A DNA stretch of 64,000 nt, taken from an uncultured delta proteobacterium. GTDB lineage: Bacteria; Myxococcota_A; Polyangia; Polyangiales; Polyangiaceae. Made by a program: the position numbers and the translations under genes. The DNA lies in assembly GCA_963782055.1 (NCBI GenBank), contig CAWAIF010000003.1, positions 5,120,001 to 5,184,000 on the forward strand, written 5' to 3'. Below the pieces are notes generated by a model. That model ran no database searches, had not been told where the DNA came from, and was given only the letters and a program-made list of their open reading frames with translations. Below, piece by piece: positions 48,763 through 57,910 of the stretch (position 1 is the first letter of the stretch; the number at the start of each line of letters is the position of its first letter).

Positions 48763-49641
48763 ATGCGCACTCGCGACTGGACACTCGGCGCCCTGGGCGT
48801 GATGGGACTGTGGGCTCTGGGAGCTGGCATCACTCCGGCGTACGGCGCAACGAGCCGCAGCTACGCCGGCGGAACAACCGGGATGGAGCTGGATGGTCGG
48901 CAGGCGGGGTCCCCGAAGTCGGCGACCGGAGGCGACCCGGTCTCCCCGGGCCACTACGGCGACATCACGCTGGAGGCCGGCGCCGGGATGTCCGGGCCCT
49001 TCTACGACTGGATCGCGACCGCCATCAACGGCACGCAGGTCAGGCACCGCGGCAGCGTGGTCTCGCTGAACTACGACTACCACGCCACGTCGCAGCTCCA
49101 GTTCACCGACGCGTTCATCCGCGAGGTGGACCTGCCCAAGCTCATTCCGTTCACAAAGGATGCGGGCTACTTCACGATCAAGATCGCTCCGGGGACCACC
49201 ACGCACGCCACCGCATCCGGCACGTGGCCCCATCCTTCCGCCACCAGCGACAAGGAATGGTTGGAGAGCAACTTCCGCCTCGTCGTCTCCGGCTTGCCCT
49301 GCAACGGCGCGCAGCTCGATCCCATCGCCATCCGCCCCTCCCCCCCCGGGCAGCGGGACCGGCTGCGCGCTCGGGGCCGCACCGCCGTCGACATCTCCCT
49401 CAGCGTCCCCGCCACCGACGCCCGGCCGTGGCAGGCGTGGGCCAACACCTTCATCGGTCAGGGGAAGAACGGACCCGAAAACAAGAAGACGGGGCAGCTC
49501 ACCATCCTGGCGGCGGACAGGCACACCACGCTCTTCGCGCTCAGCTTCAGCGGGATCGGCATCACCCACCTGACGTCCGGGTCCACCACGTCGATCGCCC
49601 TGCACGCCGACAGGGTCACCTTCCGCCGGGGCAGCCTCTGA
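48763..49641 (+). CDS. Secreted protein with two T4 gp19-like tail-tube-type modules
   Basis: AAGGA RBS; signal peptide PAYG-A; YGDITLEAG..FYDWI...RHRGSVV and NFRLVVSGL..WQAW...KKTGQLTIL. Confidence 0.6.
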   Translation: MRTRDWTLGALGVMGLWALGAGITPAYGATSRSYAGGTTGMELDGRQAGSPKSATGGDPVSPGHYGDITLEAGAGMSGPFYDWIATAINGTQVRHRGSVVSLNYDYHATSQLQFTDAFIREVDLPKLIPFTKDAGYFTIKIAPGTTTHATASGTWPHPSATSDKEWLESNFRLVVSGLPCNGAQLDPIAIRPSPPGQRDRLRARGRTAVDISLSVPATDARPWQAWANTFIGQGKNGPENKKTGQLTILAADRHTTLFALSFSGIGITHLTSGSTTSIALHADRVTFRRGSL

Positions 49642-49660
49642 GCGACCCGCGCGACTGTCA

Positions 49661-51241
49661 TCAGAGCGAGACGTCCGCCATCATGAGGGGCGCGAAGTGG
49701 AAGCAGGTGATCTCCGGCGAGGCCGGCGCGGTGCTCTTGGCCATGTCCAGCGCCTCCTGCATGTTCTTCGCCGTCTCGTAGCCGAAGAGCTTGGGCACGT
49801 ACTCGTTGTCGGCCCCGACGACGATGACCCGGCCGAGGTGCTGCCGCCCGGCCTCGCCCCAGTACCACATGAAGAAGGGGTGGGTCGGGTGGTAGGCGTA
49901 GCCCGTCCGGTACATCTGGATGTAGGCGGGGTTCTTCGCGAAGACCGGCTCGAACTCCTTGTGCATCCGCATCGCGTCGCGCGTCTGCGGCAGCACGTCG
50001 TGCACGAACTCGATGTACGGGGCGTGGTGCTCCTTGTCGAAGTGGTCGGTCATCGGGTGCAGCACGATGAGCGTGCCGCCCTTCTTCACCAGCGGGTGCC
50101 CGCGGTAGCAGTTGAACATGTACCCCTCCGCCATCACCTGCACGAGCAGCGGGTTGAGGAAGGAGTTCACGTTGTACGGCGAGATGTACGGGATCCCGGC
50201 GATGAGGATGTCCGCCTGCCCCTTCACCGGCACCATGTACTGCTCGAAGCTCCTGGCGATGGTGTGCTCGTGCACGGCCTCCGTCTCCCCGGCGAAGACG
50301 CCGGTCACGCCGTAGGGGGAGGGCACGCGCTGGAAGACGGCCTGCCGCGCGGGCTGCGGGAGCTTGGAGAGGGTGAAGTTCAGCGCCTTGAGGGCGGTCT
50401 TCTCGGTGCTCGTGAGGTCGTCCTCGTTCTTGGAGAGGAAGGCGAGCGGCGAGTCGAACATCTTGTTGTTGATCGTCGTCTCGATGGTGAAGACGTTGAG
50501 CGCCTTGTTGGTGACGCGGCCCATGCGGACGACCGAGTCGTTGAGCGCGCTCTTCTTCGGGTCCATGTACGAGTGGCACTCGCGCATGACGCTCGGGTTG
50601 TGGTGCGCGCGCAGGCTTCGGTAGCCGCAGAGCCCCACCGTGACCGACTTGTGGCCGCCGTCCATCGGCACCAGGTTCAGGTTCACGTAGATGACCAGAT
50701 CGCTCTCCACGGCGACGCGGTTGAGCTCCACCTCCTCGCCCTGATCCGTCGTGCCCACGAGCTTCATCCCCTTGGGGTCCTCGGCGTCGTGGTTGTAGAG
50801 GCGGTCCGGCCAGTACGACTCGAAGATCTTGTCGCCGACGATGTGGCGCACCTCCGCCGCGGTCATGCGGCGGTGCACGCTGGTGGCGATGATCATGGTG
50901 ACGTCGTCGACGCCGTAGTCGGCGAGCAGGCCGAGCACGATGGTGAGCACCCGCTCGCGCACGTCCGGCCGGCGCATCGGCGGGAGCGGCAGGGAGATGT
51001 CGTCGATGGCGATGCACACCTTCATCCCCGGCTTGAGCTTCGCCCACAGCGGCTCGGCGTTGTGCGGGTGGTTGATCGCGTAGCGGATCGCCGCGTCCAC
51101 GTCCTTGAGCGGCTCCAGCGGCGGGCGCGGGTAGATGACGCGCGTGCCGGCGGGCAGGTCCACCTCCATCAGCCGGTCGCCGTAGAACAGCGTGCGCGGC
51201 GCGCTCTTCTTGTCCAGCGTGACCACCAGGGGATGCGTCAT
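49661..51241 (-). CDS. Lactate racemase (LarA/DUF2088) domain protein
   Basis: IAIDDIS, ATSVHRRMT, YNHDAED, VELNR, DGGHKS. Confidence 0.85.
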   Translation of the reverse strand: MTHPLVVTLDKKSAPRTLFYGDRLMEVDLPAGTRVIYPRPPLEPLKDVDAAIRYAINHPHNAEPLWAKLKPGMKVCIAIDDISLPLPPMRRPDVRERVLTIVLGLLADYGVDDVTMIIATSVHRRMTAAEVRHIVGDKIFESYWPDRLYNHDAEDPKGMKLVGTTDQGEEVELNRVAVESDLVIYVNLNLVPMDGGHKSVTVGLCGYRSLRAHHNPSVMRECHSYMDPKKSALNDSVVRMGRVTNKALNVFTIETTINNKMFDSPLAFLSKNEDDLTSTEKTALKALNFTLSKLPQPARQAVFQRVPSPYGVTGVFAGETEAVHEHTIARSFEQYMVPVKGQADILIAGIPYISPYNVNSFLNPLLVQVMAEGYMFNCYRGHPLVKKGGTLIVLHPMTDHFDKEHHAPYIEFVHDVLPQTRDAMRMHKEFEPVFAKNPAYIQMYRTGYAYHPTHPFFMWYWGEAGRQHLGRVIVVGADNEYVPKLFGYETAKNMQEALDMAKSTAPASPEITCFHFAPLMMADVSL

Positions 51242-51302
51242 GTCCTGTTCTCCATCGTCGTGCTCTCCGGGCTCTCGGCCGGCCTCACCGCGCGCTGCGC
51301 CG

Positions 51303-51966
51303 TCACGCGTCGAGCGTCAGCACCGGCCAGCCGTACGCGTGCGCGAGGCGCCGCAGCCGGAGATCGGGGTTGACCGCGGCGGGGTGTCCGACGACCGAGA
51401 GCATGGGCACGTCGGAGTAGCTGTCGGAGTAGGCGTGGCAGTGGTCCAGGTCATGGCCGTGCTCGCGCGCGTGCTCGCGGATGAGGCGCGCCTTCTCCGG
51501 CCCGGCCACCACCGGCCGCAGCAGGCGCCCGGTGGCGTAGTTGCGCTTGAACTCCAGCCGGTTGGCGATGAGAATCGCCCGCGCCCAGGTACTCGCAGAG
51601 GTGCTGCATCACGAAGTCCAGCGCGCCGGAGACGAGCACCACCTCGTGCCCCTCGTCGCGGCAGCGCTGCACGAGCGAGCGCGCGTTGGGGAAGAGCGCC
51701 GGCTTGACCACCTGATCGAAGCACTCGTCGGCGAGCAAGAGCAGCCGGTCGCGGGAGATCCCCTCGTAGGCGGAGTAGAGCAGCTCGTTGAACAGGCGGC
51801 GATCGCGCGTCTCGGCGAGCGCCATCTGCGGGGCCTTGAGCGCGGCGCGCAGGAACCGGCCCGCCGACTGGAGGGGCGTCTGCTGGTTCAGGAGGTAGAA
51901 GACGGTCGGCTGGATGAGGCTGGTGCGGACCAGCGTCCCGTCGACGTCGAAATAGCTCGCGGCCAC
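51303..51966 (-). CDS. HAD-IB family phosphatase, frameshifted by one extra base at ~51573
   Basis: FDVDGTL, LVSGA; second frame continues IANRLEF...GPEKA...[12 protein letters not shown]...VNPD. Confidence 0.85.
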
Positions 51967-52031
51967 GGCAGACTTGTCGCGGAAAGGCGGGTGGGTGTCA
52001 ACCGGGGCGGGCGGCGCGGTACGATGACCCG

Positions 52032-53225
52032 GTGAAGGAGGGCGCGCCGAGGAAGGTGGGGATCTGGAGCCGCGTGCGGCCCTGGCTCATCCGCGCGCTG
52101 CTCGCCGTGGCGGCGCTGGTGGTGGCGCGGGTGGCCTGGCACCTGGTCTACACCGAGAGCGCGCGGGCGGTGATCGACGGCCGCGCCGAGGCGCCGATGG
52201 TTGCCAGGCGGAACTACCTGGCCGCCCACCTGGACGACTTCGGCGCGAGCGGGGCGCCCGGAGGCGCCCAGTTCTCCGGGGAGTGGGGGCTGGTCACCCT
52301 CTCCATGACGGCGGCCGCGTGCGGCAACCTGGGGTTCGAGTACCCGGGCACCCTGAAGGACGATCTGCGCCTGGCGCGCCGGGCGGAAGAGCTGGCGCGC
52401 AAGAAGGAGGCGCGCGCCTTCGACACCGACCGGTGGAAGGAGGACGCGCTGGAGGGCCTGGACGGCGACGAGGCGCACATCGGCTACCTCGGCCACCTGG
52501 CGATCATCCTGGAGGCGTACCGACTGCTCGGCGGCGACGACGCCGGCGCGCTCGCCCTGGAGGAGCGGGTGAGCCGGGCGCTCCTGCGACGCGTCCAGAA
52601 CGCAAAGAACCCGATGCTCCCCACTTATCCCGGCGAGACCTACGTCGCGGACAACGCGGTGGTGTGGGCGGCGCTCGCGCTGGCGGACGTGGGACGCCCG
52701 CCGCGGAGCAAGGCGGTGCTCGAGCGGGTCGTCCGCTGGGCGCGGGTGCACCTGGTCGACTCGAGCACCGGGCTGCTCCAGTTCGCGTCCGACGACGCGG
52801 GGGACGGCACGGGCGGGGCGCGCGCGTCCGGCGCGGCGTGGAGCACCTTCTACCTGTACTTCGTCGACGAGACCTTCGCGAAGGAGCAGGCGCAGGCGCT
52901 CCACGATCACTACGTGAAGCACCTCTTCCCCGGCGCGCTCGCCATCTGCGAGACGCCGGCGTGCGCCGGCTCCGGCGACGTGGACTCCGGTCCGCTGGTG
53001 ATGGGCGCGAGCCCCGCGGCGAGCGGGTTCGCGCTGGCCGCGGCGAAGCGGCTGGGAGACGAGAACTTCCTCGGCGGGCTCCTGTCGACGGCGGAGTGGG
53101 CGGGGCTCACCCTTCAGTGGGACGGCGAGCGGAGGTACGTGCTCGCGCCGCTCGTGGGGAACGCCGTCGTGCTGGCGATGGAGACCTCGCGGGCGTGGGA
53201 CGCGAGGTATTTGCCGGGGCACTGA
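52032..53225 (+). CDS. Membrane-anchored alpha/alpha-toroid protein, linalool dehydratase/isomerase-like
   Basis: N-terminal TM; YLGHLA, TYPGETYVADN, ARASGAAW, GDVDSGP, LVGNAVVLA. Confidence 0.55.
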   Translation: MKEGAPRKVGIWSRVRPWLIRALLAVAALVVARVAWHLVYTESARAVIDGRAEAPMVARRNYLAAHLDDFGASGAPGGAQFSGEWGLVTLSMTAAACGNLGFEYPGTLKDDLRLARRAEELARKKEARAFDTDRWKEDALEGLDGDEAHIGYLGHLAIILEAYRLLGGDDAGALALEERVSRALLRRVQNAKNPMLPTYPGETYVADNAVVWAALALADVGRPPRSKAVLERVVRWARVHLVDSSTGLLQFASDDAGDGTGGARASGAAWSTFYLYFVDETFAKEQAQALHDHYVKHLFPGALAICETPACAGSGDVDSGPLVMGASPAASGFALAAAKRLGDENFLGGLLSTAEWAGLTLQWDGERRYVLAPLVGNAVVLAMETSRAWDARYLPGH

Positions 53226-53251
53226 GATGGGGGCCCGGGGCCCCGCCTCCT

Positions 53252-53743
53252 TCAGCGAGCGAGCTTCTTCTCGAGTCGCGCCACGACCGGATCGAGTTTC
53301 GCCAGCCGTTCGACCGTGCCGCCCTCGGAAGGATACAGGCACCACAGCGAGTACCCATCGGACGGGTCCATGAACAGGACGTCCTCGTTTTCGCTGCCGA
53401 TGCTGATCCCCGCGGCCAGCCTCTTGAACGCGAACTCGTGCCCGGCTTCGTCCTGGGTTTCCTCGGCTCCGTCGAACACCCTGCGGAGCGTCTTGGCCCA
53501 GACCTCGAGCTCGCGAATCTGCAGCACCCGGTGTCGGTCGATCTGGGTCTTCCTGTCGAGCTCGTCCACCGTCCGCAGTTGCCAGTCGCGGCCCTTGAGC
53601 CTCAGGGTCGTCCCCTTCGGCATCTTCAGCAGCAGCGCCGCGTAGCTCTCTGGAAGCCTCATTCCGAGCTTCGCCCACACCTTCAGTGCCGCGCGCTTCT
53701 CCTTCAGAGTCAGCGCGGGCTCGACCGTCTTCGCCTTCTTCAT
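53252..53743 (-). CDS. SMI1/KNR4-like protein
   Basis: KLGMRLPESYAALL, ISIGSENEDVLFMDP, GTVERLA; may extend upstream across a frameshift. Confidence 0.6.
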   Translation of the reverse strand: MKKAKTVEPALTLKEKRAALKVWAKLGMRLPESYAALLLKMPKGTTLRLKGRDWQLRTVDELDRKTQIDRHRVLQIRELEVWAKTLRRVFDGAEETQDEAGHEFAFKRLAAGISIGSENEDVLFMDPSDGYSLWCLYPSEGGTVERLAKLDPVVARLEKKLAR

Positions 53744-54210
53744 CGTCTTCGCCTTCCCGGCACCCCGCGGGATCGAGGCCACCAGATAGATCAAACCCTG
53801 CCGCCGTTGCACCACCGCGCGCAAGTTGTACTCGGGATCACCGAGGCGAACCCGTACGTCTCCCGATCTGCGACAAAGTCACCATACACCGGCTCCCTCA
53901 GCACGTCCTGCAACTCCTCGAGTGTCATCCCTTTCCTCAGCGGCAGCTCGAGGGCAGCCGCAAGGCGGCGAGCAGTCACCGTCCGCCGCCAGACCCGGGC
54001 CACGGCCTGCCGGCGACCTTCTGGGCTCATCGTCCCGGTGGCGGGTCAGGCGATGCGTCTCGCGAACGACGAGTTGGTGGTTGCCCCACGGCGCTCTCCC
54101 CGCCTCTCGCGCGCAGTCTACGGCACGGTCCGCCCCGGCGGAAGGCGCTTCGGCGCGCCAGGGTGAGCCGCGCCGCTCGCGTCGCAGCGCCGCGCTGCTA
54201 CGATCGGAGG

Positions 54211-54432
54211 GTGACCCCGGCCGATGATGAAGAGGCCGCGTTCCGCGCGAAGCTCGAAGAGCAGCTCGCCAAGGACCGGCGGGCGCGGGCCTTGTCCTGT
54301 GAGGTCGAGCTGCCCCAGACGGTCGACGGCACCTGGGGGCTCACCCTGAACACCTACCGCCTGCCGATCGCCGCGGGGCTCGCGCTCCTGCTCGTGGGCG
54401 GCATCGTCGCCCTGATCTACTGGCTCTGTTGA
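54211..54432 (+). CDS. Small membrane protein
   Basis: GGAGG just upstream of GTG; C-terminal TM helix. Confidence 0.5.
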   Translation: MTPADDEEAAFRAKLEEQLAKDRRARALSCEVELPQTVDGTWGLTLNTYRLPIAAGLALLLVGGIVALIYWLC

Positions 54433-54433
54433 A

Positions 54434-56088
54434 CCTGGATTTCGCTCGCACCGGTCCTCGGAGCGGGCGCGGGCGTCGCACGGGTCGGCGCGTCCCGGAT
54501 CGGTGCCCGGCACGGCTGCCGCGCACGATAAGCGCGTAGCGTGAGCACACGTCCCCCTTTCCCCCGCCTCGCAAACCAAGTTGTGTGCCGGTCAATTCAG
54601 CATCGGGCGAGGAGCGAGTCGCAGCTGCCAGCGACCCCCGACGCGCAGCAGGCGAGCGGGCACCAGGACGCAGGCGCGACGCATCCAGGTCGCGCGCCAG
54701 TGTGCCACGGCGGTCCCCGGGCACAGCGACAGCACCCAGCGACGCATCAGGTTGTAGGCCAGCAGCTTGAGCAGCAACGCGGCCTCGTTGGCGTCGAAGG
54801 TGTTCGTCGGGGCGTAGCCGATGCCGAAGGCGTTCTTGAGCTCGGCGAAGAGCGGCTCGATCCCCGCCCGGCCGTCGTAGAAGCGCGCCACGTCGTCGGC
54901 GTCGCGGTCGTGATCGTTGGTCAGGTAGACCTGCGCCGAGTAGTCGAGGTCCTCCCAGAGGTGGACCTGCTTGCCGGTGTCGCGCTCGCTGGTCCGCACC
55001 GCCACCACGCGCCAGCCGGGAGGCCAGTCGTCGCGGCGGAAGTCCACCACGGCGACCTGTCGCGTCGGCTCGCCGAAGGCATCGCGATCGGTCGTGCGCC
55101 AGCGCGTCGTGCGCGCGACGGCGCTCATCAGGTTGGCGGTCTGCCGCATCTTCGCCACGAAGTACGCCCCGCCGCGCTCGACCGCAGAAAGCAGCGCTGC
55201 AGACTCTCCGCCGGAGTCGATCCGCATCGTCACCACGGCTTTCGGCGCGGCGCGATGCAGCCGTCCGATCCACTGCGCGATGTCCTCGACGTCGTCCTCG
55301 CCGATGCCCGTGTCGCCCGGCCGCAGCCGCGCTCCGAGCATCGTATCGGTCTCGGCGATGCGCGCCAGGATCGGGTGATAGCTCACGCGGCCGTGGTAGC
55401 GCGGGTTGTAGCCGACGTGCGCTCCCTCTTGCTCGCCGAACAGCGGCGTCACCGTCGTGTCCACGTCGATGGTCAGCTCCTTGGCGCGGAGCTTGGTGAG
55501 CGGCTCGAGCCCCTGCTCGGCCATCAGCTCTTCCAGCCTCTCGAGCTCGCGGCCCCTGAAGCGCCGCAGATCGTCGTAGAGCACGTCGATGCTCGGCACG
55601 ATGCCGCCGGCGAGGTGCCGGAACACCGGGTCCGTCGCGAGCACCTCGAAGTCGAAGATGCGCCGCGCTCCCGCCACCGACGCGTCGAGCAGAAGCTGAA
55701 TCTGCGCCGCCATCGGATAGACCACCTGCGCTCCGGTCTTGAGGTGCCCGAAGTCCCGCCGAAGCCGACGCCCGAGTCCAATCCCCTGCACGAACGCGTT
55801 GAAGGACGCGAGGCCCCCGAGTCCCGACAACCTCGGGTCCGGCCGCCCCACCTCCAGCCCGCTCGCGCGTGCTCGCCGCACCCGGCGATTCGCCCGCTGC
55901 CACTCCCACCCCTCGGGACGCTTGCTTCCGAGCTGCTCTCGTCGCACCTTCTGGGTGCTCGGCGTGTCGCTTGCTGTTGTCTTCATCAACTCCATCAACC
56001 GGCGCGCCGAGCGCTAAATTCCAGGGCGCGCGTCGATTTTCAGGAGCGTGCATCATGCAACCGTCGCCGGAATGGAGCGAAATCTAGG
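54434..56088 (-). mobile_element. IS1380-family insertion sequence (1655 bp)
   Basis: IRs CCTGGATTTCGCTC / CCTAGATTTCGCTC; TSD TTGAA at 54429-54433 and 56089-56093. Confidence 0.92.
54592..55998 (-). CDS. IS1380-family transposase
   Basis: LSGLGGL, TIDVDTT, SYHP, LRPGD, RIDSG, YDGRAGIEPLFAELK. Confidence 0.92.
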   Translation of the reverse strand: MMELMKTTASDTPSTQKVRREQLGSKRPEGWEWQRANRRVRRARASGLEVGRPDPRLSGLGGLASFNAFVQGIGLGRRLRRDFGHLKTGAQVVYPMAAQIQLLLDASVAGARRIFDFEVLATDPVFRHLAGGIVPSIDVLYDDLRRFRGRELERLEELMAEQGLEPLTKLRAKELTIDVDTTVTPLFGEQEGAHVGYNPRYHGRVSYHPILARIAETDTMLGARLRPGDTGIGEDDVEDIAQWIGRLHRAAPKAVVTMRIDSGGESAALLSAVERGGAYFVAKMRQTANLMSAVARTTRWRTTDRDAFGEPTRQVAVVDFRRDDWPPGWRVVAVRTSERDTGKQVHLWEDLDYSAQVYLTNDHDRDADDVARFYDGRAGIEPLFAELKNAFGIGYAPTNTFDANEAALLLKLLAYNLMRRWVLSLCPGTAVAHWRATWMRRACVLVPARLLRVGGRWQLRLAPRPMLN

Positions 56089-56245
56089 TTGAATGAACGC
56101 CTTCCTCGCGCGCTCTTCAGGGCGTGAAGCCGAGCACATCGTCCACTCGCCCCGAGCCGTCGAGGGTCATCGTGCCCGTGGCCGCGTTCTGGTAGCTGTC
56201 GGGATCGACGATGGCCGTGACAAGATGCGAGCGCGACACACTCGC

Positions 56246-56806
56246 TCACTTCGACGGCGCGGCGACCGCACACTGCGAGAACGTGACCTCGCCATTCACG
56301 TGGCCTTTGTCGGCCGTCGTGCAGTCGAACTTCACGTGGCCGTTGAGGTGTCGGACCTTGCCCTTCGGTGTCCAGGTCGAGACGTTCGTCTTCTCCAGCT
56401 TGCCCTCGAGGAGCGTGCACGCCCCCTTCTCGTTGCTGAGGACGAGCCAGTCCTTCATCTTCGGCGGGATCGGGATCTTGACGATGTCGCCCTTGGCTTC
56501 GTCGTGGACGTAACGGAGGCGCAGATCGTCGCTGCCCGAAGCGTAAAAGTCGACGCCATAGAAACCGTCAAGCTCGCCAGACTCACAGTCGGCCAGCGTC
56601 GTGTCCCACGTGCCCGCCGCGCCGCCGACCGAGTGCACCGTCCCGCTCACGGCGCCGTGACTCTGTGCTTGCGCGCTCATCGCCACCGAGACGGCCGAGC
56701 CGATCCCTTGGGTATCCAGGAAGGCTTGCCGGTGTCGCTTGCATCCGGGGGCTGCGATGGCGGGGACGAAAACGAACGCCATGCCAAGGAGACGGAGTGG
56801 CCGCAT
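56246..56806 (-). CDS. Hypothetical lipoprotein
   Basis: Signal ending APGC; beta-rich body with further Cys. Confidence 0.65.
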   Translation of the reverse strand: MRPLRLLGMAFVFVPAIAAPGCKRHRQAFLDTQGIGSAVSVAMSAQAQSHGAVSGTVHSVGGAAGTWDTTLADCESGELDGFYGVDFYASGSDDLRLRYVHDEAKGDIVKIPIPPKMKDWLVLSNEKGACTLLEGKLEKTNVSTWTPKGKVRHLNGHVKFDCTTADKGHVNGEVTFSQCAVAAPSK

Positions 56807-57027
56807 GGCCAGAGAATAGGGCCCATGCGGTCCGGAGCATAGGAAATGCTGGCGCGATCGGGCGCGACACTTCACGAAATCCCTCTTATCCCTCTTCCGG
56901 CGGTCAGGGTCGCGGCGAGGGTGTTCGCCAGCTCGTCGGGCCTGCCCGACGACACCGATGCGATACGCGGATGCCCGTGGGACGCACCGCCGAGATCGCA
57001 CAGGTGACCGCACTGCGCAGGAATCGA

Positions 57028-57708
57028 TCAGCGCCGTCGGGTCAACGCCGACACGCGCTCGCGCCAGAGGGGCTCGCCGTGCTTGCTCGTGACCGCGAGA
57101 TGGCCTCGGTCGAGGACGATGTCCTTGAAGCGGTATCCGAACACGATCTCGTTGGGCTCGGCCTTCAGGATCTGCCGGTCCAGCACGGGCCCGCCGGCGT
57201 CGCTCACGATCAAGCGGAGCGTGAAGACCTCCTGCGTCATGCGGCAGTCGAGCTCCGCGCGCAGGCCCAGCGCGCGGAACGTTCGCTTCTTGTGAACCCA
57301 CTCGTTCTTCATCCCGCCGGCGACGAACGCGTCCAGCCCCTCGACAATCTCGTGCTCGGGAACGCTGACGGAACGCGCGCACTTCGCGACGCCCTCGCGC
57401 AGGCGCTCGACGTAGTAAGTCCCGAGGGTTTCGAGCCCTTCGCCCGACCGGCGCTCGTAGGCGGCACGGTCGAACGGGATGTCCACCGTCGCCGCGCCCT
57501 CTGTGTTCACGAACACCCCTTTCCGCGGCGCCGAGCGCGCCGAGAGGACGATCCGATTGAAGCGCTCGGTCCGGTAGCGGAGCCTCGCGAGCACCTCGCG
57601 CTCCAGGTAGTTGCACACGGACCGCGAGCGCAGCAGGAACGCATACGTGTACGGTACGGGAAGGTCGGGCTCGTCCCCGAGGTACAAGTAGATCTGTCTC
57701 AGGATCAC
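57028..57708 (-). CDS. Hypothetical cytoplasmic protein (possibly immunity-type)
   Basis: Non-shadow composition; ILRQIYLY, RSVCNYLER, FVAGGMKNEW. Confidence 0.6.
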   Translation of the reverse strand: MILRQIYLYLGDEPDLPVPYTYAFLLRSRSVCNYLEREVLARLRYRTERFNRIVLSARSAPRKGVFVNTEGAATVDIPFDRAAYERRSGEGLETLGTYYVERLREGVAKCARSVSVPEHEIVEGLDAFVAGGMKNEWVHKKRTFRALGLRAELDCRMTQEVFTLRLIVSDAGGPVLDRQILKAEPNEIVFGYRFKDIVLDRGHLAVTSKHGEPLWRERVSALTRRR

Positions 57709-57910
57709 GTTGGCGAATCCTCGTCCGGGGCTCTCGACCAATCCCCTCGTCGTCCGTCGCTCTCCGCGGGGCCACGTCGAGCCGCGGAAATGCTAGCGCG
57801 ATCGGGCGCGTCGTCGAAGTCCCTCCTGGACGAGGCCGCCGCGCGGCAGCGCGATCTCCGACCGCGAGCCTTCGTGAATGGGCATCATGCGCTTTGCATC
57901 CAAGACCGCC

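Noticed and set aside
48763..49641. Prophage or eCIS locus
   Set aside because: Only one tube-like gene; no sheath, baseplate, spike, terminase or integrase
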